Source: Myxococcales bacterium (GTDB taxonomy: Bacteria; Myxococcota_A; Polyangia; Polyangiales; Polyangiaceae). Taken from it: 32,000 nucleotides of DNA. A model generated the notes under the pieces. That model made no database searches. It was given only the letters and a program-made list of their open reading frames with translations, and had not been told where the DNA came from. Positions 1 through 7,815 of the stretch are shown here, piece by piece (position 1 is the stretch's first letter; each line of letters opens with the position of its first letter). Position numbers and translations under genes: made by a program. Location: the NCBI GenBank assembly GCA_025359105.1, contig JANYHK010000041.1, positions 127,821 through 159,820 of the forward strand, written 5' to 3'.

Positions 1-365
1 CGTACGTCCTCAAGGGCGCGCACGTCGTCAAGCACAACAACCAGAACGCGCTCGTGACGGTGCACTTCAACACGCCGGTCTCCCGCGCTCGCCTCGTCCC
101 GCAGGGCAACGATCTGCTCTTCATCGTCGAGATGCGCTCGAACGTGCAATCGACGTGGAAGCTCGAACCGGCCAAGGACAACAGCGCTGTGCTGGCGATC
201 GACTTCCCGAAGGGAGACTTCCTCCCGAGCGGGCCTGTGAGCCCGATCCCGACGGATCCGAACGCCGGCCCGAGCGCCGATCCGAACGCTGGCACGAACG
301 ACACGACCGACAACGCCGGCCCGCGCAGGAAGCCGTCGGCGGGTGCGCGCGTGAAGAGGAAGTAG
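1..365 (+). CDS. 3' end of a CDS truncated by the window edge; envelope or secreted protein fragment, possibly an AMIN-like beta-rich segment, with a low-complexity DPNAG tail
   Basis: Frame 3 is open from base 3 (YVLKGAHVVKHNNQNALVTVHF...) to TAG at 363-365. The amino-acid composition is protein-like (K, N, F, I present) rather than shadow-frame. It contains tandem DPNAGPSA/DPNAGTN and ends 10 nt before the lptD-like gene. The AMIN-like label is only a guess from the alternating beta-strand pattern. Confidence 0.5.
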   Translation, partial: YVLKGAHVVKHNNQNALVTVHFNTPVSRARLVPQGNDLLFIVEMRSNVQSTWKLEPAKDNSAVLAIDFPKGDFLPSGPVSPIPTDPNAGPSADPNAGTNDTTDNAGPRRKPSAGARVKRK

Positions 366-375
366 CGAGCGTGGC

Positions 376-2220
376 GTGAGGTGCGCACGCGCGCGCCTGA
401 GGGCCGGCCTCGCGGCGGCGGTGTGCACGTGCGCGCACGTCGCGCGCGCACAGGAGCCCGACCTTCCACCGGCCGTCGACGCACGCGCCGACGACGTCGC
501 GATCGATGCGCGCGGCAACGAGCTGGCGCTGGACGGGCATGTCCGGGTCGACTCGCCGCCGTTCTACCTGACGAGCGATCGGCTCGTCGTGCGCCGGACC
601 CGCTTCGGTGCGGAGGTGCACGGGAAGGGGAAGGTGGCGCTCTGCCCGTGCCTCGGCACCCCGCTCGCGGTCGGTTTCGACGGGGCGACGGTGGCGCCGC
701 CGGGCGATCTGTTCCTGGAGGACCCGACCCTCCGCATCTACGACGTGCCCGTCCTGTGGCTGCCGTACTTCTGGCTGCGCTCGCCGGGGCGCGTCGGCGT
801 CCTGCCTCCCGAGGTCTCCTACCGCGGACACGACGGCATGCTCCTCGGTGAGGGTGTGCACCTTCCGCTCACGCGGGGCGACACCGAGAACGGCGTCGAT
901 CTCCGCGCCGCGGGGTACACGACGGGCGGCGTCGCGCTCGACGCGCAGGTGCACTCGAGCGCGACCTTGACGCACGTGCGGTGGGATCGGGTGAAAGGCG
1001 ACGACGGGATCGCTGTGGACGCGAAGGGGGCCCTCCCCGGGCTCGCGTGGGACGTCGACGCGCTGCGCGGCACTCGCGGCGTGCTCGGCACCTCGGATCT
1101 CGAGGCCGCGGCCCGCGTCTTCGATCGCGCGCGCGCCGAGACGTCCTGGCGCGCGGGGCCGGTCACGCTCTCCAGCGGCGTTCGCGGCGTCGGCCTACGC
1201 GGTGCGGGCGCGCTCGAGGTCGGGGCGGCAGGACCGATGGTGGCCGCGCGCCTCAGCCACGGCCTCGGCTCCGCGGGCGCGTTCGACGCCACGGTCGATG
1301 GCGGTCAGCTCCGCGGCGAAGGCCTGCGCGCGCTGTCCTACGCGCGCGGCGAGGCGGGCGCGCTCCTCGCGACGCGCCTCGGCCCTTTGGGCGCGTCGCT
1401 CTCGGCGCGTGGCGCTGGCGACGTCGCCGACGACGGCGCGCGGCGCGGCAAGGACGGCGCGGGCGCGCTCCGCGGGGAGCTCGCGCTGCCGTTCGCGCGC
1501 GCATACACCACGAAGGACGAGCCGACCGATCCCATCCGCCACCGCTTCGAGCCGCGCGTCGCGGCTGCCCTCCTCGCTGCCCATGACGAGGACGTCCTCG
1601 GCGCGCTCCCCGGCCGCGGCGCGGCGCTCGTGCACGGCGCGGCGTGGGTCGGGCAGGGGACCCTGTACAACGCGCTCGGACGCTGGGGCGCGCGTGAGGG
1701 GAGCGAGATCGAGGCCTCCGTCGGCGCCCTCGGCGACGCCTCCCACGCTCGTCTCATGGCGCGGTGGCGCGGCGCGACCACGACGAAATGGATCGGCACT
1801 GGCGCGGACGTCGCGCGTGTCTTCCCCGGCGTGACGCCGGCGGGCGTCGCCGCGATCACGCGCTACCGCCTGGGGCAGGCCGATGGCGTGCACCTCGGCG
1901 TCCTCGTCGCCGTGCGCTACGGCGTCGATCCGGTCGCGGCGCGGGCGCTCACCGACGCGCCGCTCGAACCGTCCACCGGCCTCCTCGCGCTCGAGGGCTG
2001 GACCGGCGGCACACGCCTCTCGATCCCGTGGACGCGCACCGTCACGACCAACGTAGGCGCCGACGGTGATCTCTCCGCGCGCGAGCTCCTCGCCGCGCGC
2101 GCGTCCGTCGAGCTCCGCGACCCGTGCGGCTGCCTCGTCGTCCGCGCCGCCGGTGGCCACCGCCTCGGCCGCCCCGGCGTCGACGTCGGCATCACCGTCG
2201 ACTTCATCCCGCCGCGCTGA
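376..2220 (+). CDS. lptD: LPS-assembly outer-membrane protein LptD/OstA-like
   Basis: GTG start followed by a signal-peptide-like N-terminus (…AAAVCTCAHVARAQE). An OstA-N-like segment is present (ADDVAIDARGNELALDGHVRVDSPPFYLTSDRLVV). An LptD C-domain-like motif follows (VLWLPYFWLRSPGRVGVLPPEVSYRGHDGMLLGEGVHLPL). The remainder is long and Gly/Ala/beta-rich, consistent with a barrel. At 614 aa it is shorter than enterobacterial LptD. Confidence 0.65.
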   Translation: MRCARARLRAGLAAAVCTCAHVARAQEPDLPPAVDARADDVAIDARGNELALDGHVRVDSPPFYLTSDRLVVRRTRFGAEVHGKGKVALCPCLGTPLAVGFDGATVAPPGDLFLEDPTLRIYDVPVLWLPYFWLRSPGRVGVLPPEVSYRGHDGMLLGEGVHLPLTRGDTENGVDLRAAGYTTGGVALDAQVHSSATLTHVRWDRVKGDDGIAVDAKGALPGLAWDVDALRGTRGVLGTSDLEAAARVFDRARAETSWRAGPVTLSSGVRGVGLRGAGALEVGAAGPMVAARLSHGLGSAGAFDATVDGGQLRGEGLRALSYARGEAGALLATRLGPLGASLSARGAGDVADDGARRGKDGAGALRGELALPFARAYTTKDEPTDPIRHRFEPRVAAALLAAHDEDVLGALPGRGAALVHGAAWVGQGTLYNALGRWGAREGSEIEASVGALGDASHARLMARWRGATTTKWIGTGADVARVFPGVTPAGVAAITRYRLGQADGVHLGVLVAVRYGVDPVAARALTDAPLEPSTGLLALEGWTGGTRLSIPWTRTVTTNVGADGDLSARELLAARASVELRDPCGCLVVRAAGGHRLGRPGVDVGITVDFIPPR

Positions 2221-2232
2221 CGCCTCTGGCGA

Positions 2233-3015
2233 CTACTTGGCCGTCGGCTTGCTCGCCGGTGGCAGCGGGGGCTCGAGGCCGCAGAGCTTCTCGACGAGGT
2301 AGCCGGCGACGTCGGCCGGCTTGGTCCCCGGGCCAAAGCCCGCGTCGAAGCCGAGCTCGAGCGCCAGCTTGTGATCGACGCGCGGGCCCCCGAAGAGCAT
2401 GACGAAGTCGTCCCGCACGCCCTCCTTCTTCGCCATCTCGATGAGCGCCTGCCCGTTCTCCTTGTGGCAGTTGCGCTGCGTGATGACCTGGCTCACCAGG
2501 ATCGCGTCGGCGTCGAGGGCGCGTGCGCGCGCGAGGAGCTGGTCGTTCTCGACCTGCGCGCCCAGGTTGTAGGCCTCGAAGCCCTTGTAGCTCTCGAGCC
2601 CCTTGTCGCCGGCGTAGCCCTTGTAGTTCAGGATCGCGTCGATCCCGACGGTGTGCGCGTCGCTCCCGGTGCATGCGCCCACGACGATGATCTTGCGTCC
2701 GAGGCGCGTCGAGATCCGGTGCTCGATCTCTTCACGGGTGAGCGCTTCGGTGCGGACCTCCGGTACGTCGATCTGCGACACGTCGACCGAGTGCTTCGAG
2801 TGCCCATAGACCACGAAGTACGTGTAGCCCTCGGCGCAGAGCTCCATCGTCGCGACGATGGGCTCCCGGAGGCCGTGGCTCTCGCTGAATCGCTTGGCCG
2901 CTTCGCGCGCCCGCACGCCCGGCGTGAGCTGGAGCACGAAGCTCATCTGCACCATGCCGTCGCCTTCGCGATCGCCGTAGGCGCGGAGCGGTTTGGCCGG
3001 GGGGGTCGGGTGCAT
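2233..3015 (-). CDS. kamE: Lysine 5,6-aminomutase beta subunit (B12-binding and PLP-binding)
   Basis: The true start is ATG at 3015 (MHPTPPAKPLRAYGDREGDGMVQMSF...); the track ORF 2233..4581 is a read-through extension. The protein is collinear with KamE as I recall it: cobalamin motif DxHxxG (SDAHTVG), ILNYKGYAGDKGLE, LVSQVITQ, FGGPRV and GFDAGFGPG. Stop is TAG at 2233-2235. The gene begins directly after the kamD stop (3018-3020). Confidence 0.85.
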   Translation of the reverse strand: MHPTPPAKPLRAYGDREGDGMVQMSFVLQLTPGVRAREAAKRFSESHGLREPIVATMELCAEGYTYFVVYGHSKHSVDVSQIDVPEVRTEALTREEIEHRISTRLGRKIIVVGACTGSDAHTVGIDAILNYKGYAGDKGLESYKGFEAYNLGAQVENDQLLARARALDADAILVSQVITQRNCHKENGQALIEMAKKEGVRDDFVMLFGGPRVDHKLALELGFDAGFGPGTKPADVAGYLVEKLCGLEPPLPPASKPTAK

Positions 3016-3017
3016 GG

Positions 3018-4574
3018 TCAGGTCTTCTCCAGGAGCCCGAGGATCGGGTTCACGTAGTCCTTCGCCCGGGCGACGACGCCGGCGTAGCCCTTGCCGCCGG
3101 TCCGGGTCCGCTTCACGTCGGCGAACGCGCCGTTGCCGATCGCCTCCCAGATCGTCGTCCGCTGGACGTCCACGAGCTGCTCGTGCGCCTCGCGGAGCAC
3201 CTGCGTCGCGCGCGCCGCCACGCGGCCGTCGGGCTTCCACTGGATCTCTTCGCCCAGATGCTTTGCTGCAGTATACACGTAACGCGTCTTCTTCAGCGAC
3301 AGGTACCGGTCCATGAGCAGCGGGTTCTGGATCGCCTCGCTGAACATGCCGAGCAGCTCGATCGACTGGTTCGTCGTGATGCCGACGAGGCTGAACATCG
3401 CGTCGTGCACCTGGGCGAAGAAGATGTCGCCGGTCTTGTGCTTCGTCGGCGGCATCCACTTGATGGGGTGCTTCGGGAAGATCTGCCGGATGAGCTGCGC
3501 CTGCGCCATCTCCATGAGGAAGCTGTCCTCCAGCCACGGATCGATCTCGTAGGCGTGGCCGAGGCCCATCTGCTGTTCTTTGAGCCCGGCCCGGAGCGCG
3601 AACGCCTCGTTGATGAACTGGCTGGTCAGCACCGTGTGCGCCTTCTCCACGGCGTCGGCGGTCGTGAGGTAGTTGTCCTCGCCGGTGTTGATCACGATGC
3701 CCGCGCGCGCGATGAAGCGGCGCGAAACGTACTGGTCGACGAAGGTGCGGCACATGTTGATGTCGCGGAAGAGGATCCCGTACATCGCGTCGTTCAGCAG
3801 CATGTCGAGCCGCTCGACCGCGGCCATCCAGGCGATCTCCGCCATGCAGAGGCCGCTGGAGTAGTTGGTCTGCTGGATGTAACGCCCGTACTCCTCGCTC
3901 GCCTGATCGGTGGCGCGGCGGATGATCTTGAAGTTCTCCTGCGTCGCGAAGGTGCCGCCGTAGCCCTCGGTCGTCGCGCCGTGGGGCACGTAGTCGAGGA
4001 GCGACTGGGCGGTCGCGCGGATGACGGCGACGATGTCCGCGCCGGCGTGGGCAGCGGCCCTGGCCTGGACGGCGTCGTCGTAGATGTTGCCCGTCGCGAC
4101 GATGACGTACTTGTGCGGGGTCGGGCCGGCCTTGACGCGCGCCCTGAGCGCCTCGCGCGCTTCGCGGGCCGTGTCGATGCGCTGCATCGCGAGCGCGGCG
4201 TGCGGCGCCAGGAGCGCGCGGGCCTGGTCGGGCGACAGGCCTCCTTCGCCGCGATCGACCTCGTGGCCGTAGGCGAGGCGCTCGGCGGCTTCCTGCGGAT
4301 CCTTCATGCCGGCGGCGAGCGCGCGGGCGAGCCAGTAGCTGATGCCGCGATCGAGCAGGCCCGCCTTTTGGTAGCGGTCGACGGCGACGTTGACGAGCGG
4401 CGCCCCCTGGTCGTCGACGCCGTCGACCCCGAAGGCGCGCAGGATGGTCCGCTCGACGCCGACACTGGTGTGCGCGTCGATGTAGCGCTGCACGTCGTCG
4501 GCGATCTCGGCGGCGATCGCGCGGCAGGCGGCCACGGTGCGCACGTCCATGGGAACGGTTGCCATCGTTCCCAT
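3018..4574 (-). CDS. kamD: Lysine 5,6-aminomutase alpha subunit (TIM-barrel subunit)
   Basis: Strong collinear similarity to KamD as I recall it: YVIVATGNIYDD, ATAQSLLDYVPHGATTEGYGGTFATQENF, NYSSGLCMAEIA, LNDAMYGILFRDINM, INTGEDNYLTTADA and MGLGHAYEIDP. Three in-frame ATGs are possible starts (4574, 4565, 4550), and I list the longest. The track ORF 3018..5243 is a read-through extension. Confidence 0.85.
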   Translation of the reverse strand: MGTMATVPMDVRTVAACRAIAAEIADDVQRYIDAHTSVGVERTILRAFGVDGVDDQGAPLVNVAVDRYQKAGLLDRGISYWLARALAAGMKDPQEAAERLAYGHEVDRGEGGLSPDQARALLAPHAALAMQRIDTAREAREALRARVKAGPTPHKYVIVATGNIYDDAVQARAAAHAGADIVAVIRATAQSLLDYVPHGATTEGYGGTFATQENFKIIRRATDQASEEYGRYIQQTNYSSGLCMAEIAWMAAVERLDMLLNDAMYGILFRDINMCRTFVDQYVSRRFIARAGIVINTGEDNYLTTADAVEKAHTVLTSQFINEAFALRAGLKEQQMGLGHAYEIDPWLEDSFLMEMAQAQLIRQIFPKHPIKWMPPTKHKTGDIFFAQVHDAMFSLVGITTNQSIELLGMFSEAIQNPLLMDRYLSLKKTRYVYTAAKHLGEEIQWKPDGRVAARATQVLREAHEQLVDVQRTTIWEAIGNGAFADVKRTRTGGKGYAGVVARAKDYVNPILGLLEKT

Positions 4575-4635
4575 TTGCCACAACCCGGCGGGATTTGCGC
4601 CTATTTCGCGAAAGTCGTGGTTCGGGGCGGGCGGC

Positions 4636-5673
4636 TCAGAAGGTCCCGAACGCCGCCAGGCCGCCCGCGGTCGGCCCCACGGTGGGGACGATGTGCAGGG
4701 AGCCCGTCTTGGGCGAGCTCGACGGCGCCGTCGCGAGCAGGACGATGCCCGCCGCGAGCCCGACGCCGCCGACGATGAAGCCGACGGTCGAGATGGTGGC
4801 GAGGCTCTTGGCGGAGCTGTTCGCGTCGACCGCGTCCTGGCTCGCGCACCCGCCGTTGTTCGGACACGCGTCGTTGGCGGTCTTGTTCTTGGACATCGCC
4901 ATGACGCCGGTGACGCCGCCCACGACGAGCCCTGCGCCGCCCACGCCGAGCGCGACGAAGCCCGCGGTCTTCTGGCCGCTGCCCTTGTTCTGCGGAGGGC
5001 TGTCGGTGGCGACCACGGCCGGCGGGGTGGCGGGCGCCGTCGTCGGAGGAGGCGTGACGGCGACGGGCGGCTTTGCCTCGGCGTCGAGCGGCCCGATGGA
5101 GACCTTCTGCTCACCGGGCGTCGGGGCGACCTTCGCGGTCGTCTTCCACGGCTTTTTGCCGGGCGCCGTGGCCTCGATCGCGTGCTCGCCCGGATCGACG
5201 GGGATCGGGCTGCCGAGCTCGGACGCGCTGAGCGACTGCCCATCGCGCTTCACCTCGAGCCCCGGGACGCTCGACGCGGGCGGCACGACGACCGTGAGCT
5301 TCGAGAGCTTCGGTTCGAGCACGCTCGCGCGGTCGCGGGCCTTGGTCTCCCAGTCGCCGCGGTTGTGCGCGCGGTAGGACGCCGCCGCGCTCTTGAACGT
5401 GGCCCACGCGCTCGCAGTCTGCCCGGCCTTCTCATAGCAGTTGGCGAGGTTGAACTGGGTGCCGGGCGCAGGGTCGAGGTTCTGGCTGTCGTTGAACTTC
5501 GGGCACGCGGCGGCGAAGTCCCCCTTGGTCATGAGCTTCTTGGCGTCCTCGAAGAGCGCCTGCGCCGCGGCCTGCTTTCCGGCGCCTTGCGCGTGGGCGA
5601 CGGAGGGGCCAAGCGCGACCAGGGTGGCGAAGCAGGCGGCGAGGTACGGCGCGCGTTCGATCGAGCGACTCAT
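4636..5673 (-). CDS. Secreted/membrane protein: signal peptide, TPR-like helical module, PEGA-like beta domain, Pro/Thr/Ala linker, two C-terminal TM segments flanking a CPNNGGC loop
   Basis: Signal peptide MSRSIERAPYLAACFATLVALGPSVAHAQ. TPR-like segment ALFEDAKKLMTKGDFAAACPKF...NLANCYEKAGQTASA. PEGA-like segment LEVKRDGQSL...VDPGEHAIEATAPGKKPWKT. Hydrophobic stretches AGFVALGVGGAGLVVGGVTGVMAM and VGFIVGGVGLAAGIVLLA. The gene lies 44 nt downstream of the kinase gene on the same strand. Confidence 0.7.
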   Translation of the reverse strand: MSRSIERAPYLAACFATLVALGPSVAHAQGAGKQAAAQALFEDAKKLMTKGDFAAACPKFNDSQNLDPAPGTQFNLANCYEKAGQTASAWATFKSAAASYRAHNRGDWETKARDRASVLEPKLSKLTVVVPPASSVPGLEVKRDGQSLSASELGSPIPVDPGEHAIEATAPGKKPWKTTAKVAPTPGEQKVSIGPLDAEAKPPVAVTPPPTTAPATPPAVVATDSPPQNKGSGQKTAGFVALGVGGAGLVVGGVTGVMAMSKNKTANDACPNNGGCASQDAVDANSSAKSLATISTVGFIVGGVGLAAGIVLLATAPSSSPKTGSLHIVPTVGPTAGGLAAFGTF

Positions 5674-5717
5674 TCAGGGCCTCCGCGTGCAGGGTAGCGC
5701 AGCCATCGGCGAGCCGG

Positions 5718-7184
5718 TCAGTTTCGCTCGTCGGGCGCGTCGTCGTTCGGGTTCTTGTGGGGCTTGCCGCCGGGCGTGGCGGGGGGCGTCGTGGGGTGGG
5801 CCGCGTTGCCGCCGGGCTTCTTGGTCGCCGAGCCTGTGCCGGCAGCGGGGCTCGCCGTCAGGGCCGGGCTGCCCGAGCTGCCCGAGCTAGCAGAGCTCGG
5901 CGGCGCCGGCGTCGCGGTGGGATCTTGCGCGACCCCCGCGGCAACCGGGCTCGTCGCGCTCGCGCCGGCGTCGGCTTTGGGATCGGTCGTAGCCTGGGCG
6001 CTCGTCGCGGGCGGCGCCGCCGCCGCCCGGTACTTCGGCAGGATGACGCGCCACGCGACGAGAGCGAGCGCCGCGAAGAGCGCGAGCGCCGCGAGGCTCC
6101 CCAACGCCACGTACGCGGCCAGGCCCCGCTTCTGCGGCTTCTGGAGCTCTGTGGCGGCCCACGACACGCTCGTCCTGCCGCCGGGCGCTCCCGCGGCCAC
6201 CGCAAGCTGGCCCGAGGAGGTGATCGGCGGCGGCGCCCCCGAGCCGACGCCGCGCGCGCTCGATTCGCGCGCGACGGCGAGGATGCGCTGACCCACGCCG
6301 TGCTGCGACGAGATCGCGTAGCCCTCGAGCGCGTGCGCGAGGCTCGCGATCGACTGGAAGCGCTGGTTCGGATCCTTCTCGAGGCACTTGGTGATGACGT
6401 CGGCGAGCGCGATGGGCACGTCGGGGCGCACCTGCTGGAGGGGCGTCGGGGTGTCCTGAAGCACCATCGCGCAGAGCTCGGTCACGCTGGTGGCCACGAA
6501 GGGCACCTTGGCGGTCAAGAGCTCGTACAGGATGACGCCCAGCGCCCAGATGTCGCTCCGCGCATCGACGCCGCGCGCGGAGCGGAGCTGCTCCGGGGAC
6601 ATGTAGTTCGGTGAGCCCATGACGGCGTGCGTCTTGGTGAGCGACATGTTCTCGCCCGACTGCGCGCCGTTGAACTTGCTGATCCCGAAGTCGAGCACCT
6701 TGACGAGCGGCCGCCCGTCGACCCGCCGTGCCAGAAAGAGGTTCTGCGGCTTGAGATCGCGGTGCACGATGCCCAGCCCGTGCGCCTCGGCGATCGCCTC
6801 GCACGCCTGCAGGACGAACTCCGCCGCCTCGCCGAACGGGAGGGGGCCGCGCGCGTCGACCTCCTGGCCGAGATCACGCCCGTCCAGGTACTCCATCACC
6901 ATGTACGGCGCGCCGTTCTCCATCGTTCCGACGTCGAGCACGCGCGCCACGTGCTCGCTCTGGAGCTTGCTGGCCGCACGGGCCTCGCGCGCGAAGCGCT
7001 CGGTCGCCTCGGGGCTCTGGATCGCCTCCGGGAGCACGAATTTGAGCGCGACGCGCTTGTCGAGCTGCAGGTGCATCGCTGCGACGACCACGCCCATCCC
7101 GCCCTGACCGAGCACGCGCTCGACGCGGTACTTGCCGGCGAGGATCTCGCCTTCGCGGACGGGCGGTGCGTGGGTCTGGTTCAT
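5718..7184 (-). CDS. Eukaryotic-like Ser/Thr protein kinase (Hanks type) with a C-terminal TM helix and a low-complexity extracytoplasmic tail
   Basis: Gly loop LGQGGMGVV, VALKFV (catalytic Lys), HRDLKPQN, DFGIS and SPNYMSPEQ (APE-like) occur in canonical order. A single TM helix (AAYVALGSLAALALFAALALVAW) is followed by an Ala/Pro/Ser/Thr-rich tail. Confidence 0.9.
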   Translation of the reverse strand: MNQTHAPPVREGEILAGKYRVERVLGQGGMGVVVAAMHLQLDKRVALKFVLPEAIQSPEATERFAREARAASKLQSEHVARVLDVGTMENGAPYMVMEYLDGRDLGQEVDARGPLPFGEAAEFVLQACEAIAEAHGLGIVHRDLKPQNLFLARRVDGRPLVKVLDFGISKFNGAQSGENMSLTKTHAVMGSPNYMSPEQLRSARGVDARSDIWALGVILYELLTAKVPFVATSVTELCAMVLQDTPTPLQQVRPDVPIALADVITKCLEKDPNQRFQSIASLAHALEGYAISSQHGVGQRILAVARESSARGVGSGAPPPITSSGQLAVAAGAPGGRTSVSWAATELQKPQKRGLAAYVALGSLAALALFAALALVAWRVILPKYRAAAAPPATSAQATTDPKADAGASATSPVAAGVAQDPTATPAPPSSASSGSSGSPALTASPAAGTGSATKKPGGNAAHPTTPPATPGGKPHKNPNDDAPDERN

Positions 7185-7281
7185 GGGTGTTGGACGGCCG
7201 AGGTTCCCCGCGGGATCTACCTCAGCGTACCATCCAAACGCACCCTGCCAAAATCATGTTCCGGCTGGAATTTCCAACGTT

Positions 7282-7815
7282 TCAAGCCTTCTTCCGGCCG
7301 GGGCGAAGAAACCGGGCGGCCACCGCGTACAACGCAAAGGGCAGCGTGCCGAAGAGGAGCAGCTCGACGGGTGACGGGCCCACCTCCGCGGCGGGGGAGT
7401 AGCCGCCGGCGGACGCGTGCGCGCGCGGGTTGTCCTGCGACTCTCGGGCCGCGAGTCGCGACAGCGCGGCGGTCGCCTCCGCGAGCCACTCGCCGTTGCC
7501 GCCGCCGAGCGCGCGCGTCTCCTCGGCGGCCGTGCGCATCGCGCGCCACGCGGAGGCGGCGAGCGGATCGTCGCCTCGGGCCTCGGCGTCGCGCCCGACT
7601 TGCGCGAGGCGCTCCATGCCCCGCCGGGGGTAGGGGCTCCCCGGCAGGAGCGCTTCCGCCGCCGCGCGCGCGCCGTCGATCGCTCCGCGCGCGTCGCCCA
7701 CGTTCAGGGCTTCGTCCGATGCCCGCATCGCGCGCGCGCCCGTCGTCACCTGGCGCGCGATCCCGACCGAGAGCACCGACGCGACCGCAAGGGCCGCGAG
7801 CACCCGCGGCTTCAC
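7282..7815 (-). CDS. Small bitopic membrane protein of unknown function (N-terminal signal/anchor, helical Ala/Arg-rich middle, C-terminal TM)
   Basis: The GTG start at 7815 overlaps the permease stop as GTGA (7812-7815). N-terminus VKPRVLAALAVASVLSVGIA; C-terminus VELLLFGTLPFALYAVAARFLRPGRKKA. The track ORF 7282..9006 is a read-through extension. No family was recognised. Confidence 0.55.
   Translation of the reverse strand: MKPRVLAALAVASVLSVGIARQVTTGARAMRASDEALNVGDARGAIDGARAAAEALLPGSPYPRRGMERLAQVGRDAEARGDDPLAASAWRAMRTAAEETRALGGGNGEWLAEATAALSRLAARESQDNPRAHASAGGYSPAAEVGPSPVELLLFGTLPFALYAVAARFLRPGRKKA

Noticed and set aside
3281-3340. Local GC dip (about 53% over 60 nt, counted by hand) inside kamD, as possible evidence of horizontal acquisition of kamDE.
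   Set aside because: The dip is short. Flanking kamD codons still favour G/C at the third position. The region encodes a Lys/Tyr/Thr-rich conserved peptide, which forces A/T. This is not enough evidence for HGT without genome-wide codon statistics.
3016-4581. N-terminal extensions in the ORF track that make real genes look much longer: 2233..4581, 3018..5243, 7282..9006, 16402..17691, 17906..22174, 25281..27473 and 23562..23954.
   Set aside because: In each case the upstream part is Arg/Pro-rich shadow sequence overlapping another well-supported gene or rnpB. A sensible internal start gives the family-typical N-terminus, often exactly at a 4-nt overlap with the neighbour.
7233-7250. Sigma-54-like TGGCA element (minus strand TGGCAGGGTGCGTTTGG) upstream of the Ser/Thr kinase gene.
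   Set aside because: The downstream element is TTTGG rather than TTGC, and the GG-to-GC spacing does not fit the -24/-12 rule. It is not supportable without a search model.
7266-7274. Small odd palindrome GGAATTTCC in the AT-richer kinase upstream region.
   Set aside because: It is only 9 nt with a 4-bp arm. It is too short to distinguish from chance, and no second copy occurs in the window.
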